Of a stretch of DNA of 60,485 bases, positions 35,576 through 45,286 are shown one piece after another. Below the pieces are notes generated by a model that worked only from the letters and a program-made list of their open reading frames with translations, had not been told where the DNA came from and ran no database searches. Origin of the DNA: Candidatus Pacearchaeota archaeon (GTDB lineage: Archaea > Nanobdellota > Nanobdellia > Pacearchaeales > GW2011-AR1); contig SICV01000005.1 in assembly GCA_009694725.1 (NCBI GenBank), positions 1 to 60,485 of the forward strand, given 5' to 3'. Within the stretch, counting starts at the first letter, position 1. The number at the start of each line of letters is the position of its first letter. A program made the position numbers and the translations under genes.

Positions 35576-36001
35576 ATGAGACTCTGGTCACTCCATCCTC
35601 ACCATCTCGATGCCAAAGGGCTTGTTGCACTTTGGCGAGAAGGATTGCTCGCAAAGGCAGTCCTCGAAGAAAAAACAAAGGGGTACACCAATCACCCACA
35701 GCTCATCAGGTTCAAACGTCATAGGTACCCACTAAAAGCGCTCAACTATTACCTTCTGATCGTGCAGGAAGAAGCAACAGCGAGGGGATATTCCTTTGAT
35801 AAAACGAAAATACGACATGTAAAGCATCCAGGCACATACCCTCTTACCCAAGGGCAATTCAACTATGAACAACTCCATCTTCAAAAGAAGCTCATAACAC
35901 GAGATAAGCATAAACATACAGAAAACAAACAGACAAAATGGGGCTCCCACCCTTTATTTTGTATTGTGGACGGAGAAATTGAAGACTGGGAAAAGACTTA
36001 G
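35576..36001 (+). CDS. Pyrimidine dimer DNA glycosylase (T4 endonuclease V-like)
   Basis: MRLWSLHPHHLDAKGLVALWREGLLA...GYTNHPQLIRF. Confidence 0.88.
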   Translation: MRLWSLHPHHLDAKGLVALWREGLLAKAVLEEKTKGYTNHPQLIRFKRHRYPLKALNYYLLIVQEEATARGYSFDKTKIRHVKHPGTYPLTQGQFNYEQLHLQKKLITRDKHKHTENKQTKWGSHPLFCIVDGEIEDWEKT

Positions 36002-36315
36002 AATACTTCGTTCGCTTTCGCAACAATCTCATCTGCTTCCAAAACGCCAACCGTTCTGTCAACTACTTCCCCATCTTTGATAAATAATAACGTCGGAATA
36101 CTCATGACCTCATACTGTTGTGCAAGGTCTTGTTCCTTATCTATATTTACTTTCGCCACTTTTACCTTTCCTCCAAGCTTTCCTGCAGCCGCTTCAACTT
36201 CCGGCCCAATAATTGTGCACGGGCCACACCATTCAGCCCAGAAATCGATGATCCAGTTACCTTTTCGTGTATGCGCTTCAAATGCAGCGTGTGAGAAATG
36301 TAGAACGTCACCCAT
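35998..36315 (-). CDS. trxA: Thioredoxin
   Basis: DFWAEWCGPC, VMSIPT. Confidence 0.95.
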   Translation of the reverse strand: MGDVLHFSHAAFEAHTRKGNWIIDFWAEWCGPCTIIGPEVEAAAGKLGGKVKVAKVNIDKEQDLAQQYEVMSIPTLLFIKDGEVVDRTVGVLEADEIVAKANEVF

Positions 36316-36403
36316 CTCTCTTATTTTTCTTAGTCATATTTAAACATTATGGGGGTGAAAATAGCGACGATAACTAGTTATAGCTGGAGGGTATCTTCAA
36401 ACA

Positions 36404-37003
36404 ATGAATAAACAAGACATTCTGACAAAGTTAGTGACCTTAGGTATTCCTTCCCCACTTATTCAAGCAATTTCGTTAGTAGATAGAGAACAATTCGTTC
36501 CCCATAACGTACGATTGTACGCGTATGAAGATACCGCATTACCTATTGAACACGGTATGACGCTCCCTCCGGTTTCTATCGTGGCTAAGATGCTCACACT
36601 TACTGAACTCGCAGATAATCAAAAAATACTAGAAATTGGCTCGGGTTCCGGCTATGTTCTCGCCCTTATTGCCAAAGCGTATCCGGGAACTGAGTGTTTC
36701 GGACTTGAAATCAACGCGCGAGTCGCATTTAGTACCGTGAAACGTCTTGAAAATTATAAAAATATTCATCTTTTTGCAAAATCGGGTTTTAATGGTTTCT
36801 CTGAACAAGCCCCCTTTGATCGTATTATAGTCAGCGCAGCAGCAGAAAATACTGAAACCCTCCTCTTACTCCTTCCCCAACTTATCGAAGGAGGAATCAT
36901 TATCGCGCCCGTTGGAGATAAACTTATTCACATTCGTCGTACTGAACATTCACATCGCATTACCGAACATCCCGGCACAACGTTCGTCCCCTTAGTTAAA
37001 TAG
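36404..37003 (+). CDS. pcm: Protein-L-isoaspartate O-methyltransferase
   Basis: VDREQFVP, AYEDTALPI, ILEIGSGSGY, APFDRIIVSAA. Confidence 0.88.
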   Translation: MNKQDILTKLVTLGIPSPLIQAISLVDREQFVPHNVRLYAYEDTALPIEHGMTLPPVSIVAKMLTLTELADNQKILEIGSGSGYVLALIAKAYPGTECFGLEINARVAFSTVKRLENYKNIHLFAKSGFNGFSEQAPFDRIIVSAAAENTETLLLLLPQLIEGGIIIAPVGDKLIHIRRTEHSHRITEHPGTTFVPLVK

Positions 37004-37017
37004 AAAAATAATTCTTT

Positions 37018-37212
37018 TTATTCAAGCAGATATCGTTCGTGTTGAGCAGGAACTAGTTCTTCAAAATACATTCGTTGTGCTTCGAGTTCATGAGTGATAG
37101 TTTCTCGTTCAGGTTCTTTTCGCATATGGCGATACTGTCGACGGTTTTGATACAACCATTTTGAAATCAAGCCCTCTTCAAAAAAATCAGGACGAGGAAA
37201 AGTACGAGCCAT
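37018..37212 (-). CDS. Small hypothetical protein
   Basis: 64-aa ORF co-oriented 8 nt after the DoxX gene. Confidence 0.4.
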   Translation of the reverse strand: MARTFPRPDFFEEGLISKWLYQNRRQYRHMRKEPERETITHELEAQRMYFEELVPAQHERYLLE

Positions 37213-37220
37213 GCGAAAAG

Positions 37221-37598
37221 TTATCTGCGCTTAGCATAGTAATTATCTAACGACCAGTCACCTGATCCTTTAAACAACAATAAGAGGAATGCAACAGCAT
37301 ATAACAAGGCAAGTTCTCCCTTGTTCGCAAGTGGACTTAATGCATTTCCGGCATGCACCATAAAGTAAGCAACCAACATCTGACCTGCACACAAGAATGA
37401 AACAACACGAGTAAACAATCCCACGGTAACTAAAATACCGCCCACAAATTCAACTAATCCTGCAACACCCATCAATGAAGTAGCATCAAAATATCCACCA
37501 AATAATTTCTGTGCTCCATTAGCCATAAACAAAAGACCAACAGCAATACGAAATGCACCAAGCATTTTGTCTTTATGATTATCTAAGAACACCTTCAT
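37221..37598 (-). CDS. DoxX family membrane protein
   Basis: RIAVGLLFMANGAQKLFG, EFVGG, GLFTR, NKGELA, GSGDWSLD. Confidence 0.9.
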   Translation of the reverse strand: MKVFLDNHKDKMLGAFRIAVGLLFMANGAQKLFGGYFDATSLMGVAGLVEFVGGILVTVGLFTRVVSFLCAGQMLVAYFMVHAGNALSPLANKGELALLYAVAFLLLLFKGSGDWSLDNYYAKRR

Positions 37599-37641
37599 AG
37601 TTTATTTTATGCAAGGGATTATTTAAACATTACGGGAAAAA

Positions 37642-40545
37642 TTATTCCCCGCAGCCAGATCTCGTCGTTTGTTTACAGGACGTACACACCATTGCACAGT
37701 TACCCAGGCGCTTTGCAGGTCCACCGCACTGAGGGCAGACAAGCCCTTCATTCCCAAAAGTTTTGAGCGAAGCTTGCTCTTCTACTTTCGCAGGTTGTCC
37801 ATCGCTTAATGAAGTCTCATCCTGCATGACTTCAGTCAATGAAAGGGAAGCTTGTGTAACTGCACCAGGCTGGACAGGAGTTAGACTTACATTCAGTCCA
37901 CCCGCACCCGGACCAAATCTGCTCAACATAAACTGAGAGATATAATCCACAATAGAAGAAGCGGTACGAATCGGGACATACCCTGCATCCAAGTCTCCCG
38001 GTAATGCTCCTTTCACAAACCCTGCAGGCTCAAACTTCTGATGCCGGAACTTATTGAACAAGACATCAACTGGAATACCAAATTGCAAGTTCATGGAGAT
38101 CGACGTTGCCCAGGCATCAACTAATCCATTAACCGTGCTTCCTACCTTGTGCATCGTGAGGAACAATTCCCCAGGCTTCCCATCATCATAGAGACCAATT
38201 GTCAAATACCCTTCATGGCCTGCAATTTCAAACTTATGGGTAATGGCCTGACGTGTTTGAGGTAATTTCTTCCGTTCAAGTTTAACCAACTGGACTTGTG
38301 GAGCAACAGCATCTTTCTTCACCATTTCTCCTTCCGTCTTCTTGGTATTCAACGGCTGAGAACGTTTCGAGTTTTCACGATAAATAGCGACAGCCTTCAG
38401 ACCAAGCTGCCAGGAAAGCGCATAGGCTTCAGCAATGTCAGTAACAGTCGAAGTTTCAGGTAAATTGACTGTTTTACTAATAGCTCCTGAAATAAACGGT
38501 TGTCCGGCAGCCATCATTTTCACGTGACCCGACCATTGGATACTACGTGTTCCTTTTGCAGGTTTAAAGGCACAATCAAAGACAGCAAAATGCTCAGGAC
38601 GCACATCAGGAGCACCTTCAATCGTATCCTGCTTATCAATAAAGTCAATAATACGACTCACTGCATCTTCAGAATACCCCAGTGTGCGTAACGCAAGAGG
38701 AACTGAACGATTCACGATCTTCAACATCCCCCCTCCGCTCAGTACTTTATACTTAACTAACGCTATGTCTGGTTCAACGCCCGTTGTGTCACAATCCATC
38801 ATAAAAGCGATCGTTCCCGTTGGAGCTAACACGGTCATCTGGGAATTACGGAATCCGAAGTAAGTCCCTGTTTCAACCGCATCACTCCAACTATCCCAGG
38901 CATGATTTGTTAACTCACGTAAGAATGAAGGCATTTTGGCGACATCAATTCCCTTGACAGCATCTCGATGCATGTTCATTACTGCGAGCATTGGTTCCTT
39001 ATTCTTTTGAAAACCAGGAAACGGACCAACCAACGAAGCAAGTTCAGAAGAAATCAGATACGCTTCCCCACACATAAGGGCAGTCAATGCAGCAGCAACT
39101 GCTCGCCCTTCGTCAGAATCATACGGCAAGCCCCAACTCATCAACAAAGCACCCAAATTAGCGTAACCCATTCCTAATGGACGATAATCCCGGCTATTAC
39201 GACAAATTTTTGCTGTTGGGTAACTACTCCCATCAACTAATAAGTCCATACAAATCGCCAAGATCTTGACGACATGTTTGTATCGTGCAACATCAAAGCT
39301 CCCATCATCCCTGCGGAATTTCATTAAATTAATGCTGGCAAGATTACAAGCACTATCATCAATAAACATATATTCAGAACACGGATTACTTGCATTAATA
39401 CGCGCAGTATTCTTACACGTGTGCCACTTATTAATCGTGGTATCATATTGCATACCTGGATCCCCACACAACCATGTTCCTTCTGCAATTTTCAACAGTA
39501 AGTCCTTCGCAGCGTATTTCTCACAAGGTTCGCCCGTCTTAACCATCTTTGTCCACCATTCTCCATTCTGTTGCGCCGTCACCATAAATTCATCACTCAC
39601 GCGCACGGACATATTAGAATTCTGGAAAAAGACACTACCATAGGCATCCCCATTCATGCCCCCCGAATATCCATGCTCAATTAATGCCCAGGCCTTTTTT
39701 TCTTCCATTTGTTTTGCGGTAATAAAATCAAGGATATCGGGGTGATCAATATTCAAAATTTCCATTTTTGCAGCTCGACGCGTCTTCCCACCAGACTTAA
39801 CTACGCCCGCATACGCATCATACCCTTTCATAAATGACAACGGTCCTGAGGCTTTCCCACCGCCCGTGACTTTTTCTCGGCTACTCCGTAAGGGGGAACG
39901 ATTGGTACCGGTACCTGAACCTGCTTTGAATAAATTAGCTTCAGCAACTTGTACTTCCATAATCGATTCCATCGTATCCTGAATACTTTGAATGAAACAA
40001 GCAGAACATTGGGGACGATCATCCGTCTTGAATGTAGGCATGATCGTATCGCTCTGTGCATCCCATTTCCAAGAACTCACTCCCCCTGCCCCCGCGTTGT
40101 ATTCCTGAATACCTGCATTAAACCAGACCGGAGAATTAAACACTGCAAGTTGATTCACACAAATAGCAATGATTTCATCATGTAACACCTGCGCTTGTGT
40201 TTCATTAAAGTATCCCTGTTTAATCGCTTGACGACGGATATAGCGCGCTACGCGTCCAATAAGCTGTTCTACGCTGTTTTCACGTTCACCTTTGAGCATA
40301 TCCCCCCAGAAATACTTATTCGCAACAACTTTAATGGCCAACGCACTCCAAAAGTCAGGGCGCTTGACTGCGGGTTGGGTAAACACTGCCTTTCCCATAT
40401 CATCAGTCAACTTCACATCATCACTAATCCACGTAATGGGGTTCCCAAAGATATCAAAATGAAACGGATTCTTCCCTTCAACAGTTAAGACTCGTTCAGG
40501 GCTAAAGGTACCCAGGGTCAATTGGTGCATACGTTCAGGCGTCAT
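37642..40545 (-). CDS. nrdJ: Class II (adenosylcobalamin-dependent) ribonucleotide reductase
   Basis: FNSPVWFN, SACFI, GKTRRAAKM, ASNPCSEY, APTGTI, GAISKTVN, C-terminal TSCPD-like and Cys-rich tail. Confidence 0.95.
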   Translation of the reverse strand: MTPERMHQLTLGTFSPERVLTVEGKNPFHFDIFGNPITWISDDVKLTDDMGKAVFTQPAVKRPDFWSALAIKVVANKYFWGDMLKGERENSVEQLIGRVARYIRRQAIKQGYFNETQAQVLHDEIIAICVNQLAVFNSPVWFNAGIQEYNAGAGGVSSWKWDAQSDTIMPTFKTDDRPQCSACFIQSIQDTMESIMEVQVAEANLFKAGSGTGTNRSPLRSSREKVTGGGKASGPLSFMKGYDAYAGVVKSGGKTRRAAKMEILNIDHPDILDFITAKQMEEKKAWALIEHGYSGGMNGDAYGSVFFQNSNMSVRVSDEFMVTAQQNGEWWTKMVKTGEPCEKYAAKDLLLKIAEGTWLCGDPGMQYDTTINKWHTCKNTARINASNPCSEYMFIDDSACNLASINLMKFRRDDGSFDVARYKHVVKILAICMDLLVDGSSYPTAKICRNSRDYRPLGMGYANLGALLMSWGLPYDSDEGRAVAAALTALMCGEAYLISSELASLVGPFPGFQKNKEPMLAVMNMHRDAVKGIDVAKMPSFLRELTNHAWDSWSDAVETGTYFGFRNSQMTVLAPTGTIAFMMDCDTTGVEPDIALVKYKVLSGGGMLKIVNRSVPLALRTLGYSEDAVSRIIDFIDKQDTIEGAPDVRPEHFAVFDCAFKPAKGTRSIQWSGHVKMMAAGQPFISGAISKTVNLPETSTVTDIAEAYALSWQLGLKAVAIYRENSKRSQPLNTKKTEGEMVKKDAVAPQVQLVKLERKKLPQTRQAITHKFEIAGHEGYLTIGLYDDGKPGELFLTMHKVGSTVNGLVDAWATSISMNLQFGIPVDVLFNKFRHQKFEPAGFVKGALPGDLDAGYVPIRTASSIVDYISQFMLSRFGPGAGGLNVSLTPVQPGAVTQASLSLTEVMQDETSLSDGQPAKVEEQASLKTFGNEGLVCPQCGGPAKRLGNCAMVCTSCKQTTRSGCGE

Positions 40546-40976
40546 AACTGTTGCAACTCCCGTTTAAAGTCAGCCGCATCACTAAAATCCTTATACACTG
40601 AGGCAAATCGAATATACGCCACATCATCGACCCGTTTCAATTCTTTAGATACTAATGCCCCAACTACCTGACTACCTACCTCTTTGCCTTCTTTTCGTAG
40701 TTTGTCTTGTATTGTTGCTATCATTCGTTCAATTGTGTCTGTGCTCACCGGCCGTTTCTGACAGGCAATCACAATTCCTCTTTTTAATTGATCCTGATCG
40801 AAATCTTCCCGTCGGCCATCTTTTTTCACAACCGTCAGGTCAATCTCCTCCAGGAGTTCTTGCGTGTTAAAGCGTTTTTCACACTTCAAACATTCACGGC
40901 GACGCTTTGCTTTCCCTTCCACATCACGTTTATCAACCACTTTGGTCTCATCGTGTTTGCAATAGGGGCAGCGCAT
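40542..40976 (-). CDS. nrdR: Transcriptional repressor NrdR
   Basis: MRCPYC, RRRECLKC, ATP-cone VVKKDGRRE, VAYIRFASVY. Confidence 0.95.
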   Translation of the reverse strand: MRCPYCKHDETKVVDKRDVEGKAKRRRECLKCEKRFNTQELLEEIDLTVVKKDGRREDFDQDQLKRGIVIACQKRPVSTDTIERMIATIQDKLRKEGKEVGSQVVGALVSKELKRVDDVAYIRFASVYKDFSDAADFKRELQQL

Positions 40977-40982
40977 AGGTCA

Positions 40983-41030
40983 CCACAAGCTATTGTGTTT
41001 CCCCAGTAGAAGAACCACAACATCTTGTTT
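40983..41030. promoter_or_regulatory. Two tandem NrdR boxes
   Basis: CCACAAGCTATTGTGT (40983-40998) and CCACAACATCTTGTTT (41015-41030), 32 bp apart, resembling acaCwAtATaTwGtgt; minus-strand TATA TTTAAATA at 41062-41055. Confidence 0.85.
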
Positions 41031-41133
41031 ATACTCTCTCCACAATCATTTCTCTATTTAAACCTTGTTCCATTTTATTTTTTCTCGACGATAAAATACT
41101 TATCTTTTTCTGTCTTCTTTTTTAAGTGGCACT

Positions 41134-41400
41134 ATGAAAAAAAGCGATGTTTTTTATAGAATCAAATCATCACAGATTATGCAAACACTCTTCAAACGTC
41201 ATCAAGCAATCATCCTTCTGAGAATTCCTGACCTTGAACGAGTGGAATGGTACGGAGATGAACAACCACTCACCAAAGGAATGTCGGGGACTATCAATAT
41301 CCTTCTTCCCAACGGCCAGTATCACGTAGAAATCAAAGACAAAGCAGGCGCGATACTCTGTTACGCTCCCTGTAACGAAGAAGATTTGCAAGCGGCCTAA
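41134..41400 (+). CDS. Hypothetical protein
   Basis: 88-aa ORF, beta-rich C-terminal half; start may be later. Confidence 0.5.
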   Translation: MKKSDVFYRIKSSQIMQTLFKRHQAIILLRIPDLERVEWYGDEQPLTKGMSGTINILLPNGQYHVEIKDKAGAILCYAPCNEEDLQAA

Positions 41401-41432
41401 AGGCCTTTAAACTATCCCCTTCTCAAGCAGAT

Positions 41433-42005
41433 ATGTCTTTCAAAGGGAAACAATTTCTCGCGCTTACGATCGAATTTGGTCCGATCATTGGCTTTCTTAT
41501 TTCGTCTACATTCGTTTCATTCATCACTGCTGCAAGCATTTTTGTTGTAACAACGATTCTGGCCCTCATCATCGCACAGAGTACTCAAGGACGTCTAGCT
41601 CTTTTCCCCCTCATTGCCGGCTTCAGCGTAATACTGGGGGGAGGAGCAACAGTCCTCTATCAAGACTCCTTCTGGCTTATTCTCAAGGATACACTCTATA
41701 ACGGCGCCTTCTTTCTCGTGATTAGCGGTGGTCTACTCGTCAATAAACTCCCCTTACAATCTCTCTTTGGTTCCTTATTCCATATGTCTGATACAGGCTG
41801 GCGCATTCTTTCTTATCGCTGGGCAACGATGTTTGGCCTCTTAGCACTCTCAAATTACCTCGTGGGAGCCTACACCTCAGAGCAGACCTGGTTGATGTAC
41901 AAATTCGGTGCAACACTCGTGACCACGATGTTTGCCCTCTATCAATTCACCATCTCACGCAAACATCGTCTTCCAGGGTCAAACGTCTGGGGCATGGTTG
42001 TCTAG
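41433..42005 (+). CDS. YciB/IspZ-like inner membrane protein
   Basis: EFGPIIGF, GGATV, LKDTLYN, GWRILSYRW, WLMYKF. Confidence 0.8.
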   Translation: MSFKGKQFLALTIEFGPIIGFLISSTFVSFITAASIFVVTTILALIIAQSTQGRLALFPLIAGFSVILGGGATVLYQDSFWLILKDTLYNGAFFLVISGGLLVNKLPLQSLFGSLFHMSDTGWRILSYRWATMFGLLALSNYLVGAYTSEQTWLMYKFGATLVTTMFALYQFTISRKHRLPGSNVWGMVV

Positions 42006-42042
42006 CGATATCCTTTTATAGAAGAAGCACAGAAACAAGAGG

Positions 42043-42486
42043 ATGGATCGCACCTTCCCTCCACCACTCAGGCTTCCTAAAACCCTCTTTCTTCTCCCCC
42101 TCACCCTCTGTTCCGATAATATCGATCATCTCATTTCAGAGCATATCCAAGCCCTGAGAAGACTCTATCGTCCTCTGCAATTCTGGTATGATACTCCTCA
42201 AGGCGCACAAACAGATGTAGTCTTTTCCAGCACTCGCTATAATGCTCGGACCAGCGGGGTAGCTGTATACGCAATGGAACGAGAACTAGAAAGAAGAAGA
42301 GCGCCCCACACACCTCAAGCGTGTGTTGAGGTGATAACCAGCGCATTCAACCAAAGTTCTCTCATCTATCTTATCACGACAGCAGAGACCATGCAAAAAA
42401 GAATACACGAACTACTTGTTAAGCAAGGGATTACTCCGCAGGCCTATGCACTAGGCCTCATTTCTCAAGTTGATATTACTCGGTAG
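42043..42486 (+). CDS. Hypothetical protein
   Basis: ORF with TTTTATA upstream. Confidence 0.5.
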   Translation: MDRTFPPPLRLPKTLFLLPLTLCSDNIDHLISEHIQALRRLYRPLQFWYDTPQGAQTDVVFSSTRYNARTSGVAVYAMERELERRRAPHTPQACVEVITSAFNQSSLIYLITTAETMQKRIHELLVKQGITPQAYALGLISQVDITR

Positions 42487-42512
42487 AACGTGTGTAAAGA
42501 GGGAGAGAAAAA

Positions 42513-42842
42513 TTACTTTTCTTGCCTTTTAAAATCCTTGAATTCAAACTGAAGTAATGTCCATCCCCGAGAAGGAAAGCGATCAGAAGAGAAGGGAGCT
42601 TGTTCTGAAAAAGAATACGGCGCAGGAGTACGGACGTCTGGTCGAGAAGAGACAGGGGAGGCATACACCAGGGAAGTTCCCGACGAAGCAGTAGGAACAG
42701 CATGAGTAGAAGGAGCAGTATAAGAAGAAGGAACTGAAGCAGGAGTCGTTGACGTGCCTAATACATAGGTACGTGCAACCGTACATCCTGTCAAATAACC
42801 AGCAAGACCCAGCATTCCGAGTGCACGAACACACGTTTTCAT
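42513..42842 (-). CDS. Putative lipoprotein with S/T/P-rich low-complexity region
   Basis: MKT...LAGYLTGC lipobox-like signal. Confidence 0.5.
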   Translation of the reverse strand: MKTCVRALGMLGLAGYLTGCTVARTYVLGTSTTPASVPSSYTAPSTHAVPTASSGTSLVYASPVSSRPDVRTPAPYSFSEQAPFSSDRFPSRGWTLLQFEFKDFKRQEK

Positions 42843-42978
42843 AATTTCACCAACACTCGTTCCTTAATAAATCTACAGTACTCGCGTAAAGTACTCACAC
42901 ATGAAAGAGAGTAAGTATCACTTCAAAATGACACGTAGAACCTAGCCTTATATGGGCTGTATAGAGCCCGTATGCATA

Positions 42979-43125
42979 ATGAACCAGCAGATAGTCATCA
43001 CCAAAAGGATAGCAAAACACGGCAAACAAGCCATTATAGTAGTCCCCCGCATCCTCGAAGATCATCTCAAACCAGGCACGATGGTCAAACTCTCAATCGA
43101 TATAGTCCAGGAGGCAGATGCATGA
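42979..43125 (+). CDS. 48-aa AbrB/MazE-like DNA-binding protein (MNQQIVITKRIAKHGKQAIIVVPRILEDHLKPGTMVKLSIDIVQEADA)
   Basis: Translated by hand; swapped-hairpin pattern KRIAKHGxxxIIxVP...LKPGxxVxL; TATA at about 42948. Confidence 0.7.
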   Translation: MNQQIVITKRIAKHGKQAIIVVPRILEDHLKPGTMVKLSIDIVQEADA

Positions 43126-43257
43126 ACGCCCCACACGTAGACGAGCGAGGCAATGTCCCCGCCCCTTCATCACCATTAATTGTGCCCGATGTCAACGCTA
43201 TTGGGGCGTTGCAGAATAATTAACGTTTAGCCAAGGTATGTTGTCCACATCAACGCA

Positions 43258-44370
43258 TCACTTTTTTATGTTTAAGAGTTGTCGTACTATCCGCATTACT
43301 TGTTTCAAGTCAGATTTCGTGGTATCCCTGCCCAGCACAAACCGCACACTCCCTTTTTGCAAAGCGGAAGACATGCCCATCGCTTTCAGCGTGCGATTTT
43401 CAGTATACTGTTTTGTCAAACAAGCCGATCGTGCCGAGCAATAAATCCCTTTCTCAGACAACGCAACCACCAGTTGCTCAGCATCCTGTCCAGGAAATGC
43501 AACGTGCACGTGCCCCGGTAACCGAGGACTTGCTTTACAGGTAATAATCCCATTAAGCTTTTCAAGTTCACGCTCAAACCACATTCGTAACTTCATAACC
43601 TTCCCCCAATTAACCTTCTGAGCACATTCCACCGCCTTCCCGAACCCTACAATCCCCGGCACATTCTCTGTACCTCCCCGTCTACCCAGCTCTTGACTTC
43701 CTGGAAGAAGCGGTTTCAACTGAATACCTGAACGCACATACAAACAGCCCATTCCCTTGGATCCTCCGATCTTATGTGCCGAAGCAGACACTAAGTCAAT
43801 CCCCCACCGCACATCAATCGGCACTTTTCCAAAACTCTGCACGGCATCAGTATGGAAGAATACGTTTGTGCGTGTACACAGAGAAGCAATCGCTTGAATA
43901 TCCTGTACCACGCCAAGCTCATTATGCCCAGGAATAACCGATACAACAAGCGTATCGGTAGTAATCGCCTGTTCCAATGCTTTCATAGCAATCATACCCT
44001 CATAAGTAACCGGCACTTCGACAATTTCATATCCCCGGCCCTTCAACATCTCACACACAGCATATACCGAACTATGCTCAAATGCCGAAATAACAATACG
44101 CTTTTTGCCCGGATACATCCCTGCAAGTCCAAACAACGCCAAGGCATTTGCTTCCGTTGCTCCCGATGTAAAGACAATCTCTGCAGGTTTAGCCTTGATT
44201 ACAGAAGCAACCTTTTTCCGAGCATCAGTAATCAATTCGAGTGCCTGCTCACCCAAAGCATGAGGTGATGAAGGATTCCCATACTGTTTCAGCATAACGT
44301 CTGTCATAGCCGTAACTACTTCTTTCCGTACCGGTGTAGTCGCAGCATTATCCAGATAGATCTGTTTCAT
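43258..44370 (-). CDS. iscS: Cysteine desulfurase (IscS/NifS type)
   Basis: IYLDNAATT, GNPSS, FTSGATE, HTDAVQ, SAHKIGG, RSAC; start MKQIYL at 44370. Confidence 0.92.
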   Translation of the reverse strand: MKQIYLDNAATTPVRKEVVTAMTDVMLKQYGNPSSPHALGEQALELITDARKKVASVIKAKPAEIVFTSGATEANALALFGLAGMYPGKKRIVISAFEHSSVYAVCEMLKGRGYEIVEVPVTYEGMIAMKALEQAITTDTLVVSVIPGHNELGVVQDIQAIASLCTRTNVFFHTDAVQSFGKVPIDVRWGIDLVSASAHKIGGSKGMGCLYVRSGIQLKPLLPGSQELGRRGGTENVPGIVGFGKAVECAQKVNWGKVMKLRMWFERELEKLNGIITCKASPRLPGHVHVAFPGQDAEQLVVALSEKGIYCSARSACLTKQYTENRTLKAMGMSSALQKGSVRFVLGRDTTKSDLKQVMRIVRQLLNIKK

Positions 44371-44420
44371 AGTCATTCCACTCGCTGAATCTTTAAATAG
44401 CTGACTCCTGCGAGAAGCAG

Positions 44421-45242
44421 ATGAGTGAAGACCATCATACAAGAAGAATCCAGGACATACATGATGGCTTATCAAAGGGAATATGGCAAGAAAGAGAAAA
44501 AAGTTATATTTTGTTTCTCAGAAGCAATCCATTAAAGGGTGATGCAGAACGTACAAGAAAACAATTAATGACGCGTCTTGCTCTTGCAGGCATATTCAGA
44601 GAACAAGCGCCTCCGGGAGATATACGAACTTATAAAGGAATAATTGCCCACAAGGGCCATACCAGTCATCTGAGAGTAATGCGAAATGATTTTTACATCC
44701 AATTGCAAACAACACTGAGAACTGCAGTCGGCATTACAGCACGATATAATGGAAGAGGAAGAATAGTAGCAATAACCTGTAGCCCTTTTAATTTTGAAAA
44801 ATACCCTGCAGAACGAATAGGAGACTATCCCTTTATGAATGGAGCAGTGCAAGGAGAAGACACGAGATGGAACGAGAAGTCGGTCAGTTTACACACCATG
44901 GAACATCAGGATATTTTTCAGAAGGCGTTTCCTCTGGCACAAGCAGAAAAATTTTATACAGATATTGCACACGATATAGTCGAACGAGGACAACGTGCCT
45001 GGCGTACACTTGCAGATACATTATGGGCAGGAGATGAATTTCCACGATCTATGAAAATCAAACCTCATCCTCTTGAAGAGATTGGAGAAGATTATGCTGC
45101 ATGTAACAGAATAGGAGAAGCAGCACGACTTTGGCCACATGTTGTTGTTGAAGGTTCACTCAAAATAAAGTTGGTGTATGTACCATTCACTCCAAAAGAA
45201 ATCTCTTCTTCAGGTTGGGCACGTCAATTTACACCTGCATAA
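44421..45242 (+). CDS. Hypothetical protein
   Basis: 273-aa ORF with TTTAAATA about 21 nt upstream. Confidence 0.7.
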   Translation: MSEDHHTRRIQDIHDGLSKGIWQEREKSYILFLRSNPLKGDAERTRKQLMTRLALAGIFREQAPPGDIRTYKGIIAHKGHTSHLRVMRNDFYIQLQTTLRTAVGITARYNGRGRIVAITCSPFNFEKYPAERIGDYPFMNGAVQGEDTRWNEKSVSLHTMEHQDIFQKAFPLAQAEKFYTDIAHDIVERGQRAWRTLADTLWAGDEFPRSMKIKPHPLEEIGEDYAACNRIGEAARLWPHVVVEGSLKIKLVYVPFTPKEISSSGWARQFTPA

Positions 45243-45286
45243 AGAGCAATCCAGAATTTTATATATCCCTTCAACAATAACTATAT

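Noticed and set aside
28022-40545. Inteins in RNAP subunits or NrdJ
   Set aside because: Conserved motifs are contiguous, and no intein-sized insertions or splice-junction motifs were seen
42972-43223. 83-aa ORF from the track as a real gene
   Set aside because: It overlaps a better AbrB-like ORF in another frame; only its last 33 codons have their own start signal
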